Of a stretch of DNA of 64,000 bases, positions 40,929-53,170 are shown piece by piece (within the stretch, counting starts at the first letter, position 1; each line of letters starts with the position of its first letter). This stretch comes from Eledone cirrhosa. Lineage: Eukaryota. A program made the position numbers and the translations under genes. The stretch spans positions 377,456,001 to 377,520,000 of the forward strand of contig OZ024743.1 of assembly GCA_964016885.1 (NCBI GenBank), written 5' to 3'. The notes below the pieces were generated by a model, which saw only the letters and a list, made by a program, of their open reading frames with translations, was not told the origin of the DNA and searched no databases.

Positions 40929-41533
40929 TATATAACTGCTCTGTAGAACAACTGATGTTATTATATTGAGCTATTTATCTTACTGGTAATAAGGTAGTAA
41001 TAAATTACTGTCTTTCACTGTTTAGGGTTTAAAATATATATAACTATAAAAAGTTTTAGTATATACATAACCATAAATAGTATCCTTAATATTATATTTA
41101 TATATATATATCTATATATATATATTTATATATATATATATTTATATATATATATTTATATATATATATTTATATATATATATATTTATATATATATATT
41201 TTTATATACATATATTTATATATATATATATTTATATATTTATATTTATATATATTTATATATATATAAACTTAAGAAAATTAACAGAGGACAAGTGAAC
41301 GAACGAAAAACAATTTTTTAGGGGGAAACCTTAAAAAATACAAACGAAGGACACATAACTACAGGCCGTTGAGATTGACTTTGGCAATTTCCGTCCCTAC
41401 AAATGGTACTGCTTGTCCACCCGGGGTCACAGCGTCGGACACAAGCCAAACTCTGTTCAGTGAAGTAACTGACGAGAGACAAAACATTAATTTATAGCAA
41501 TTAAGCTATAACAAGTACACATTGAATGTTATG

Positions 41534-41565
<32 letters not shown>

Positions 41566-41570
<5 letters not shown>

Positions 41571-41906
41571 AGGATGAATATAAAATGAAAGTGCTTTTGT
41601 TAAAAAAGGAATTTATTAGGTATTGACATATGTTTCTGTAACAGACCGAATACCTATGTATCGCTGCTTGCGTAATCATATAATGTTAGCAAGTATTCGA
41701 TAGCAAATGTATAATCAGTTGTCACTTCTTCAGAGATTTTGGAGAAGTGACAACTGATTATACATTTGCTATCGAATACTTGCTAACATTATATGATTAC
41801 GCAAGCAGCGATACATAGGTATTCGGTCTGTTACAGAAACATATGTCAATACCTAATAAATTCCTTTTTTAACAAAAGCACTTTCATTTTATATTCATCC
41901 TTTCTA
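41566..41906. repeat. Near-perfect ~165-bp-arm fold-back with partial hammerhead features
   Basis: 41566-41729 is the inverse of 41743-41906. CTGAAGA...GAAA CATATG TC...AATAAA is present, but helix I next to the core does not pair. Confidence 0.85.
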
Positions 41907-42188
41907 CATTTCTCCGGAATATAATTTATACTCGTTGAGCAAACCTGCACGTACGCTGTTCATCTCTAACGTAACGATATATTATCACTACATTATTGAT
42001 AACCTGAAATTTTATATATATATATATATATATACATATATCCCGGGTTCAATCGCGGGTAACCACAGTAAGTAAGATACTCAAACATTAACAGAGTATA
42101 ATTATTTAATGTAGAAATGGCTTCTACAGGCCTTCTAAAGCCTTTTGCTGATGAAACAGTTCTAGTCCTGTAGAAGCCATTTCTACAT

Positions 42189-42237
<49 letters not shown>

Positions 42238-42965
42238 TAATTAGGAGTATTCCAAAGCTTGGTAGAACAAGTTGTGAGAAAAGTTCTCAACATACGTTAA
42301 GGTGACTCGACAGGTTGGTAGGGATTCTGTAGTGGAAACACGAACAAACGAGGTGTGTAATCAAAAAAGAGAAATAGGACGAAGGTAAACAGTTACAATA
42401 GGATTTAATCCACGTATTAACAATGGTTTCATCAGAATTTCAGTCCATTATTGCTACACTATGTTATAATAGGCAATCAAGAAAGATACTGTGACATCCG
42501 AATTTTCAAAATACAAAGTTGGAATGACCTTAGGAAATGAAATAAGGGGTAGTAGTGTAAGATAGAGGAACAGAGAGAGAGAGAGGGGCAAAAGAGAGGG
42601 AGAGAGAGAGAGAGAAAAGGGATAGAGGAAGGGAGAGAAAGAGAAAGAGATAGTGTGGTGTGAGAGGATTTGTATAGGGAGGGGGAGGAAGGATGTGTGC
42701 TAAAAGTTGTGATGAGTAGAGGGAGAGAGAAGGAAGATAGAAGTTTAAGAGGCATTTGGAAGTGGACAGGCGAAAGTCTTACCAGAGAACAGATGAAGGA
42801 AGAAAGTATTAAATTTCATATATAGTCTATTTTTAGGGGTGTAGAATTGTTATTTAGGGTAGAAAGATAGGTAGTGTTAGGATTTGGTTGAAGGTTTGAA
42901 GTGTGAGAATTTCGCTTGAATTTCGCTTGAATTTCGCTGGTTGAGCCACCACTTCAACTTACGCC

Positions 42966-43165
42966 TTGGACATGGACAAACATTACATCGGTATGTCCCT
43001 AAAGAATATACCTTTACCCAAAAGGAAGGATTACACTCTTGGAATGATCCAGCGCACCAATGATTTCATACGCCGCGTCAGATGGAAAACATTCCACTTC
43101 GACAAAGGACGTAAGGATTATACCGCGAACTCTGGAAAGAATACATATGGGTTCAACTCAGTACC
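42966..43165 (+). pseudogene. N-terminal fragment of a PLE ORF (YRDD/Nematis-like type)
   Basis: SLKNIPLP..Y...IQRTNDFIRRVRWKTFHF..NTYGFNS matches my recollection of this PLE type's N-terminus. Confidence 0.7.
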
Positions 43166-43325
43166 TCTGAAATCTGTATAATAAAATATACTTGATCACA
43201 CGAAAGTCTATTTTTGTTAATATTTTGAATTAATATTAATAACTCCGGAAAACCAAACTGTTGAGTGCTTCCAATTTATTGTAAAACTCATTCTTTGATT
43301 TATTCCTTGAACCTTGTTTAACCTT

Positions 43326-43383
<58 letters not shown>

Positions 43384-43663
43384 GTGAAATAGTCTTTTCA
43401 AGACTATACAGAGCATTTGAAGTTGTCCCAAATTGAAGGTTGAGTACTTTAGACTTTGTTTTATCATGAGTTAAGGCTCTATTGATTTTTCCCTGGATTT
43501 CTCTAAATTCTGTTGGATAAATCTATATCCTGATTCCTTTTGAATTGAGTCTGAATTATTTTTCCCATATCTTATGTTAACTATTTTCCCATTTTGACGC
43601 TATAGTCACATATATGTTATGGAATACTGTTAGCTTCTCGCTACAACAATTTCTATACTTTTC

Positions 43664-43707
<44 letters not shown>

Positions 43708-44604
43708 CGGGATACTACAGATTTGGACCGTGAAATTCGCCTTTTTTATGGAAGACTAGTATTACCACATGCTTACAAGTCTTCCTTTCGTCCCCATGCC
43801 ATTGCTAGAGATGTTGTCCAAGAGGCAGGGGCCGATACACGTTGACTCCCAATGTCGTTACAGGCGTTCCAGTCAGTAATGTAAGGAGCCAAAACAGAGA
43901 CCGCATGACATTTCGTTCGCTCTCCTCCCTCATCCATAAAACGTCCATCAATCTACTCCCCTCAACTGATTACTTTAGTTCTAACCACAACATTTATCAT
44001 TCTTATAGCTTCTATATTCAAACATTAATCTCTCACACTTATTCCCCTTCTACTCACAATTATCCTAGATATTCTACCTACTTTATATGTTATACTAGCC
44101 TTCAATAATATGTATCGCCCTGAACAGAAATAAATCCAACACAAATGACTTTGTATGTTTGTGTTCTCTTTAAGGTGAGAGGAATTGTCTGGATATTTCG
44201 GTATTGTTGTTGTCGTGGTTATCGCCGTTGTTGTTGTTGTTGTTGTTCTCGTCATCGTCGTTGTTGTTGCTGCTACTGCTGCTGCTGTTGCTATTGTTGT
44301 TGTTACTGCTGTTGTTGCTGTTGTTGTTGTTGTTGCTGTTACTGTTACTGCCGCCGATATAACCAGTCCACCAAAATAAATCAATTATTTTACATCACTC
44401 CGGAGTAAACAAACCAACCTGCGTACTTCGTCGTGTGCTCCAATCTGCATATTGAGGTATCGGTAAACAACCAACATATACTCAATATATATATATATGT
44501 ATGTATGTATTTATGTATGTATACCCCCTCTGTATGTATACAGATATAACTTTATCGTACACTTCGGCTGCTTGAACCTACAGTAACGCCAAGTTACACT
44601 CCCT

Positions 44605-44676
<72 letters not shown>

Positions 44677-44964
44677 ATAATAATAAATTTGAAGACTAAA
44701 ATCCAAAGAGGGCTCGATAAGGATAAATATATATCAAATATATAAGAACCGTAGAGCAAATAAATATATATATATATATATTTAAGTTTGTTGGTTCACC
44801 ACTGGATAGAACTGGTCATTCCGTAAGGTCAACCTCGATGTAATATTAGGGAGAGCACTCGACGTAATGCAACTATTCGTTTGTGTTGTTGGTGGTGCGA
44901 GTACGGAGTTAATTATTATAAAATAACAGGAGGCTGGACTGGTGTAATTCCTTAAAGGTTTATT

Positions 44965-45022
44965 ATACTCTGAACATTTCAATGACCGGGTTCAGTATAA
45001 ATCCGGTGACTTCATCAGGTAT
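44965..45022 (-). ncRNA. Degenerate hammerhead motif + AATAAA
   Basis: ATAC CTGATGA..ACCGG..CCGGT.. GAAA TGTTCA GA GTAT AATAAA. The cleavage-site U is mutated. Confidence 0.55.
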
Positions 45023-45074
45023 TCGAAATTTAACAAAGGAATATAATCCATGGAGCTGAAAAGGCAGATTGACA

Positions 45075-45115
<41 letters not shown>

Positions 45116-45214
45116 GAGGTTATATTTAATTTGTTGGGATTCAACAGGAAGCTCCAACCGTTAAAGTTGGTTTTTTTCCGGGTATGTTAATATTTATTTA
45201 TAAAACAAATCTGT

Positions 45215-45278
45215 ATTTTATCTGATGAGAGCGCACCATAATTTGCCTTGGTTGCCCTTGAAATATATATAATAAAAT
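45215..45278 (+). ncRNA. Type I hammerhead motif in a pLTR fragment related to the YRDD PLE
   Basis: ATTTTAT CTGATGA gagcgcacc..ggttgccctt GAAA TATATA TA ATAAAAT. The downstream sequence matches the inverse of 19520-19555. Confidence 0.82.
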
Positions 45279-45317
45279 AAATATGGTTTTATAAATATAG
45301 TTTCCATTTATTAATAT

Positions 45318-45356
<39 letters not shown>

Positions 45357-45358
<2 letters not shown>

Positions 45359-48300
45359 CGTTTCTGAATTTGTTTAGCAAGATGCTTTATCTGAAAACGT
45401 GTGTTGAAACCCATATTGTTATGCTTTGGGAGGGTCATGTTGCCAATAAGAAACACACGCACCAGTTGCTTTCACTCCAATTTATTATAAATTAAATTTA
45501 TAAATTTAAGAATTTATAAATTTTCGGTTGATTGGTTGGTTGGTTCCACAACCGGGCGGTTGTTCATATATTGTCAAAGTTCTTTCATCACACATTCTGT
45601 GACACAAACAACAATAACAACAACACACACATCAACAATAATAACATACTCAGAAACAACAACAACAGACTCACAGACACAAACAACAATAACAACACAC
45701 AACAACAATAATAACATACACGGAGACAACAACAAGACACATCAACAACAGCACACATCAACAACAACAACAACACACACACATTCTATGCCTCTTACCA
45801 CTACCACAATCTTAACAAACACACAGACACAGAAAACAAGTAATGACAGTAACACAGAAGTAAGGGAAGGTAATGGGATTGAAAGGAGAAGGGAGACTAT
45901 CGATACTGACAGAGAAAATAACCAGGACGAACACACAGACACACAAAATAGAGTAGATAATAACAATGAGCCAGAAGAAAGACATAGAAACAACCATGAG
46001 GCTGTTGGTGGAAATAGAAATAGAAACAACACAACTAACAATAACAATAGCAATAGTACACATAAAGCAGCAGCCTGGAACTCTACTTTTTATAATCCTT
46101 CCGATATGTCCTTCGACCTACGATGAGTCCACGCCACGACTTTAGCTTTTAACAAACGCACGCAATTGCCGTCGCGGGTCGATGAACAAACAGAAGCACA
46201 ATTTAGTATAGCTAGATCTAAACTTAGAAATATTATAGAACAGTATAGCAAGAAGCAAAATAGAATGGAGGCCCAGCAACTGGGAGAAAAATCTGCAAAT
46301 GGCTTGCGTAGCTCATGCAGCGCTCGCGTAATGGAGAGATTGCATGCTTTCCAACATACAAGTCTGGCAGAATGTCGGTTGACAGTCTGTCAAACTACAT
46401 CCAGGCAATGCAACCCCACATCACTAACACAAGAGAAGTAATACCACAAGAGCATGAGGATAGGGAGAAAACCCCCAACGCCCATATGATGATGTGGACA
46501 AACATAATGCAACCCAATAAAAGGACTGCCAACAACTTCCAGGCCTGGAACAATGACGTGCCAGCGTTGTATGGGCTTCGAAAAGACCATAAAACGAGCA
46601 GTGACCCTGTCACAGAACCACCAACACGGCCAGTCTGTGGGGCTAACATTGCTAGTAACTACAGACTTTCCTACTTCCTCTCCCTGATCATGAGCCCATC
46701 ATTGAAATGTCCACAGATATATGTGACAGCACGGAGGACCTCCTCAGCAGAATCAGCGAAAGTAACCGATCTAGGGACCTAACAAACTGTATAATAGGTA
46801 GTATGGATGTTGTGTCCCTATATCCATCCATTGACGTGGATTTTGCTGTGGAGAAATACGTAGAAATCATCAGTGAGATCAATATTGAATTCCATGGGAT
46901 TGATACCAGTGAGCTGGGACTCCTACTTAAACTTACCTATAGTAATAATTATCTAGATACATATGACCTTAGCAACCTGTGCCCTACAAGACCAGCAAGA
47001 GGCAGACCACCTACCATTACATCAATGGCCAAGAAAACCCACACAGATAGATAGAACGGGTGGACCAGAGTCATACGGACCCCCGAAAACCACGATGAAC
47101 TAAAGAAAATGATTCCACATGCGTTGGGGGCCAGTATAAAATTAACTCTTAAGGAACATATGTTCAAATTTAATGGAAAAACATATGCCCAAGAGGAGGG
47201 AGTAGCCATTGGTGTTAGCATTGCAGGTGACATAGCTAACCTATTCATGGTATGGTGGGACAGTAGACTTAAACTTAAAGAACAATTAGAAGACAGCAAC
47301 CTCTTAACCCTGATAATGTACTCCCGCTACGTTGATGATATAAACATCGTAGTAAAAACACCCCCACTAGAGAACAGTCAGGAATTAGAGAAAAACACTT
47401 GGAAAGCATCCAGCAAATAGCTAACTCCATCCACCAGAGTATTAGAGTTACTATAGACTACCCAAGCAAACACCCCAACCATCGATTATCTGTACTAGAC
47501 ACAGAGCTCTGGTTAGAAACCATTAATAACAAAAAATAAATCCTCCATTCCCATTATGCCAAACCCATGACTTCCAATTATCTGATCCACCGAAACTCAG
47601 CTGTTTCGGACCACACAAAAATCAACATACTGATTGTGGATTTTGTACGGGTGATGAGAAACGTGTCCCGCATGTGCAACCCCAAAGAACTAGAGAGACA
47701 CATACAACACTTCATCCACCGTATGCAGTTCTCTGGTTACAATCAGAGAGATAAAATCAGAGTATATAGAGAAGCCAGAACCAAATGGTAAAAAATAGTA
47801 AATAATCATACAAATGGGACCTGCCCCCTGTATAGGAGCAAATTTTGGAATAGAATAGAAAGAACTAGGAATAAGGTTAATAGAATAAACTCATGGTATG
47901 ATAGCAATAAATGCCAGAGAGTAATGTTCATCAATACAACCCCTAGATGTGAATTAGCTTACAAATTTAGAAGGGCCCTAGATAAACATAAACTCAATAT
48001 TAAGATAGTAGAAAGACCAGGTACCTCCATAAAAACACTTATTAGCAATACATACCCTTTTCAAAGACCTCCCTCTATAGATAAGAAATGTATAATCTGT
48101 AAACTAAGCCCCCATATTAACTGTAAAACTAGAAATGTAGCATATAGCATAAGATGTACTGAAGGACAATGTAGAGATAAGAATATAGTGTACATAGGTG
48201 AGACAGCCCGTAGTATAGGAGAACGGATAATTGAACACTGGTGAGAGCTTCAAGATAGTACAGAATCATCTGTACTCCACCAACATGCTAAAATAGAACA

Positions 48301-48848
48301 TAAGGGTAAATTAGAGAACATAGAAATAAAAATAGAATCTACACACAGAAAAGACGCAATGTTTAGACAAATCACAGAGGCAATAAACATAAATGAACTC
48401 CAACCAAAATTAAATAGAAAACATGGATGGAATAGCAACCTCACAACTTACAATTAAGGACAAAATGAAAACACACACGCACATAGAACAAACAACCAAC
48501 CAGTAACATGTAAATAAACAAATAAATAAACAAATATAAACACACACAGACACCCGGATGTAACACATGCGCAAACTAAGCATACAACACACACAAAAAC
48601 AAGATGGCGTAGGACAGAACAAAGGAAAGGCACAAAAACAAAGAAAAGAATTCCCAGTCACTGAAGAGGTCACAGAATGTATGACGAAAGAACTTTGACA
48701 ATATATCAACAACCGTCCGGTTATGGAACCAACCAACCAACCGGAAATTTATAAATTCTTAAATTTATAAATTTAATTCATAATAAATTAGAGTGAAAAC
48801 AAACAGGTGCGTGTGTTTCTTATTGGCAACATGACCCTCCCAAAGCAT

Positions 48849-48853
<5 letters not shown>
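45357..48853 (+). mobile_element. Decayed divergent EN+ PLE with inverted pLTR
   Basis: 45415-45603 is the inverse of the 3' end (~48670-48853). RT and GIY-YIG fragments lie inside. Flanked by (TA)n. Confidence 0.9.
46315..48435 (+). pseudogene. PLE RT + GIY-YIG pseudogene (multiple stops and frameshifts)
   Basis: Motifs LYGLRKDHK, TRPVCGA, GSMDVVSLYPSID, QEEGVAIG, SRYVDD, NVAYSIRC..VYIGETARSIGERIIEH. Confidence 0.9.
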
Positions 48854-48909
<56 letters not shown>

Positions 48910-49074
48910 ACTGTTATACAGTTTAATACAGTATAATATATAGATTTTTACAGTTACAGTTTAATATACTGTATTGCAGTTTGTTGCAGTTTATCACTGT
49001 TCAATATAGTTTCTTATATTGAAATACATTTTCTATAGCTTATTACAGGGGGGGGGGGTTATTTTATGACACAT

Positions 49075-49452
49075 GTTACTCGATAAAGTGCTTAGCTCGG
49101 AGAAAGCCGCTACTTCTCCGAATAAAGGGATCACAGCTCTGATACTATGCGCATGTGGTTAGAATGTCTCAGGAAAGAATCACTGGACAGATTTTACGAG
49201 CAAAACTAACCGACAAGAGACCCAGGAGTAGTTCCCGAGAAAGATGGTTGGATAACATCCATGAGCTTGGCTGGTTTTGCTTGTGGATCCAGCCGGATCA
49301 GTTGGAGACGGTTGCTTCTGACAGAACCCGCTGGAAGGTGTGTTTGAGGACTCTGCCCCCTCGACCCTCTCAGGAATACGTGGGCGAAGAAGAAGAAGAA
49401 GAAGAAGAAGAAGAAGAAGAAGAAGAAGAAGAAGAAGAAGAAGAAGAAGAAG

Positions 49453-49482
<30 letters not shown>
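49075..49482 (+). mobile_element. RTE-like LINE 3' fragment with (GAA)n tail
   Basis: Encodes LRYYAHVVRM..KRPR...RWLDNI..ASDRTRWK, followed by (GAA)n. Confidence 0.75.
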
Positions 49483-49483
<1 letters not shown>

Positions 49484-49516
49484 TTAATACAGTTTAATAC
49501 CGTTTATTACAACTTA

Positions 49517-50271
49517 CTAGCAGAAAACCATCCAAAGTGTGGTTATCTGCTGGCATGTGTAGTGCGCATATTGATAATATACGCAAATATATATGCATGT
49601 AGATGTGACACGTCAAATAAAATCGTAATTGAGAATATGCACAGAAATTAAAGAGAGACTGTGTTACACTCTCTTCTGTAATCAGTAAAGTAATCCATAA
49701 TATACTTAAAAAAGACGATATTATATATAAACTACATTACGGAAAAATGTTATGAAAACGATACAAATATATGAACATTTATATAAGCGATGTATAAGTG
49801 TTATAATATAATGGATGCTAACTGGAAGTGTTGACATTTGAAAATTTGAAAGAAGTGAATCTTGAAATAAGCAATAAAATTATTTATATTTAATCATCAG
49901 TTAGGAAATTTAGTACATAAATTATGTAATATTCATTCATTATTTATTCAAAGTAATGAATGAATATTACATAATTTATGTATTAAAGGGCGGTGGATTG
50001 GCAGTATCGGTAGAGGGTCTGACGCTATGCTTTGCAGAAAAGAGTTACGGCCCTTTATGGTTTGAGTTCAAATCCCGCCGAGGTTAACTTTGCCTTTCAT
50101 CCTTACGGGGTCGATAAAATAAAGTACCAGTAATACACTGGAATAATTGCTGGCCGTGTGCCAAAAGTAGAAACAATTATTTATTTAAAGTAATCAAACT
50201 TATTTTACAAACGGGATAAAAAAAATATATTCCGGACGCAGTCCCGCACTCCTCCCTTTATTATATTAAGA
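49517..50271 (-). mobile_element. Non-autonomous Helitron copy with nested SINE
   Basis: Homologous to 23491-23976. On the minus strand it reads A|TC ... hairpin CTAG|T. A SINE sits at ~49987-50180. Confidence 0.8.
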
Positions 50272-50951
50272 TTGTAGTTTATTATAGTTTATTGTAGTTT
50301 ATTAAAATTTATCAAAGTTTGATATATTTTGATACCTATACTTCAATCCCATAACTTGACTCTCAAACTCAGCTCACTGCTAAAATCCGTTCCTATATCC
50401 TTTGGTCAATGTATCTGGTCACCTATTTATGAATACCTATCGAGGATTGAAACAAGTCTTTCGCAAAAATATGAATATATAACCAGATATATTTTCCTTT
50501 TATTGATTTCCAAACATCAAAAGGTCCATTACAGTGGTTGGTGATTAACAGACTATCGATATATTTTACTAACAAGGAAATATCAATAATCTTTAATAAA
50601 AGCTTAAGCACAATCGGGTTTTTAATATATATATTATTCTCTCTCCTTCTATGTCAGTACCTCTCTCTCTCTCCGCTATCTCTTTCTCCCCATGAAAGGC
50701 GGTAAGTGCCATATGACGATACGTGTTAAAAATACTCAGCACCAGTACAAATGTAATCTAAAAAATAAGACTTTGACAAACTACTTATAGCGAAACCAAT
50801 CGGCACAAAAATAAATTAGATAATTATGTTTATTTCTGAAAACACAACTATAATTTATTTCGAATGAACTAACTTCTTTTCATTTTATGCTGTCATTTTA
50901 CATGTGTATACTAGAATAGGTACACCTTCATATCTATATTACTTTTCTCAT

Positions 50952-51035
<84 letters not shown>

Positions 51036-51254
51036 TGGCTACACGATCGATCTATCTCTTATTGAAACATGTGTCGTAATTAAAATGATTGGAAATTTAT
51101 ACCATGCCTTCGGATTTTTATTTTGATACAAATACTCCGTTTTACATCATCTAGCTGTTCCCATAAATGGAATTGGAGATATACAAAAGCTTGGAGAACT
51201 TAATATTGCTAACAAAATTTTATTGGACCGTATGACACAACCAATAATACACCT

Positions 51255-51291
<37 letters not shown>

Positions 51292-51350
51292 GTGTTTCCG
51301 AAGTAAAGGTAAAGGAAAGGAGTGTGCTCTATGTAGGCTACAGAGCTATT

Positions 51351-51610
51351 TAGTTATGTAATAAAAAACATAAGACAATTATTCCATTTACCAAAGGTTT
51401 CACGAAGACAGACGAGCTCGACACAGACGTCTGAAATCGTTCATCAGAATGAAATTTATTTGAATGAATTTATTTATAATTCGTATACGAATTATAAAAC
51501 TCTCCAAAAAAATTTCATTCTGATGAACGATTTCAGACGTCTGTGTCGAGCTCGTCTGTCTTCGTGAAACCTTTGGTAAATGGAATAATTGTCTTATGTT
51601 GTTTATTACA

Positions 51611-51617
<7 letters not shown>
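51351..51617. mobile_element. Fold-back element with a hammerhead motif in each arm (51514-51584 +)
   Basis: TTCATT CTGATGA ACGA...TCGT GAAA CCTTTGG TA AATGGA. Arms are 51351-51457 and 51510-51617. Confidence 0.83.
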
Positions 51618-51644
<27 letters not shown>

Positions 51645-51647
<3 letters not shown>

Positions 51648-52684
51648 GGGGTTATAGGAGGCTTAGCTCTGTTTCTCGACCGTTATATCGCGTGACTGTC
51701 TCCCCCTCCGCCTTTTGGGATTCTTTCTCACGTCGTGTAGACGCGTTCTTGAGACTAGTAAAATGAGGTATCCTCTTGATAAGTCGGCAGACCTCGCAAG
51801 GACTCTATATCTTTATGATGTATTGTTTTTGTTTATGCCACGAAACTACGTAGTCGAGGAATCTAGGAGCAGTTTAGGTATGATACATTTTATTACTAAT
51901 TATATCTAAATGTTTCTTCTCTCTTCATAATGTATTTTTAACTCTGATACTGGTTCAGTCTAGTTCAACCGGATTGGTCTGTCCCAGTCATTCATTGAGC
52001 AACATCGGTGAAGTTGGCACCCTTAACTCACGGTTGGGTGCGGATGCATTCATGTATATGTGTGTGTCCGCATGTATCTGTGTGTTTCTAAATATATTGT
52101 TAATAACTCCCTCTGGTCGAGCAATCTTTGAAGTGTGGGGACTGCTGGAAAGCTTCCATTACTCATACTTCTCGCCAACCTCACCACCTCTTCTACGGCT
52201 TCGATATAAATACCCCCTCCGCCTCCGTGGTATTTTCTTCGGGGTTATAGGAGGCTTAGCTCTGTTTCTCGACCGTTATATCGCGTGACTGTCTCCCCCT
52301 CCGCCTTTTGGGATTCTTTCTCACGTCGTGTAGACGCGTTCTTGAGACTAGTAAAATGAGGTATCCTCTTGATAAGTCGGCAGACCTCGCAAAGACTCTA
52401 TATCTTTATGATGTATTGTTTTTGTTTATGCCACGAAACTACGTAGTCGAGGAATCTAGGAGCAGTTTAGGTATGATACATTTTATTACTAATTATATCT
52501 AAATGTTTCTTCTCTCTTCATAATGTATTTTTAACTCTGATACTGGTTCAGTCTAGTTCAACCGGATTGGTCTGTCCCAGTCATTCATTGAGCAACATCG
52601 GTGAAGTTGGCACCCTTAACTCACGGCTGGGTGCGGATGCATTCATGTATATGTGTGTGTCCGCATGTATCTGTGTGTTTCTAA

Positions 52685-52691
<7 letters not shown>
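51645..52691 (+). mobile_element. 593-bp tandem non-coding unit (1.76 copies), each with a variant hammerhead motif (51771-51860, 52364-52453)
   Basis: ttcggggttatagg at 51645 and 52238. Motif: TCCTC TTGATAA GTcGGCA...TGCCAC GAAA CTACGTAG TC GAGGA. Flanked by (TA)n. Confidence 0.82.
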
Positions 52692-52727
<36 letters not shown>

Positions 52728-52730
<3 letters not shown>

Positions 52731-52886
52731 AAAAGAGTGAGGACCTCGACGGCTGAGCTCCGGCCGTTTCGACAGCTAGATCCGAACTAAGCCAGCAGTA
52801 TACTATTACCCACTCTACTACCCTAAGTATTGAGTACTCTGGTGCGTTATGGTTCGCCTGGTATCTTACCACACCTTCTTTGTTAT
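52728..52886. repeat. Short element with the 3' half of a hammerhead; related copy at 32542-32630
   Basis: Minus strand reads GAAA CGGC..GCCG TC GAGG. Both copies share ctactaccctaagtat and cctggtatcttaccacacc. Confidence 0.55.
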
Positions 52887-53170
52887 ATATATATGTGTGT
52901 GTGTGGGTTCTGTGTGTATTATACAAAAATATATATATATATATATATACATGTGTGTGTATGTGTGTGTGTGTGAGTGTATTATACAAATAAATATATA
53001 TACATATACATGTATGTGTGTATATATTTATTTGTATAATACACACACACACACACACACACACGTGTGTGTGTATATATGCATCTGGTTACGTACGTAC
53101 GTAAGTATGTATTTATGTATGTATGTTTGTATGTATGTTTGTATGTATGTAAGTATGCATGTATGCATGC

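Noticed and set aside
46315-48435. Selenocysteine recoding as in Naiad PLEs
   Set aside because: The interruptions include frameshifts and TAG/TAA stops, and the endonuclease is C-terminal, so this is ordinary decay.
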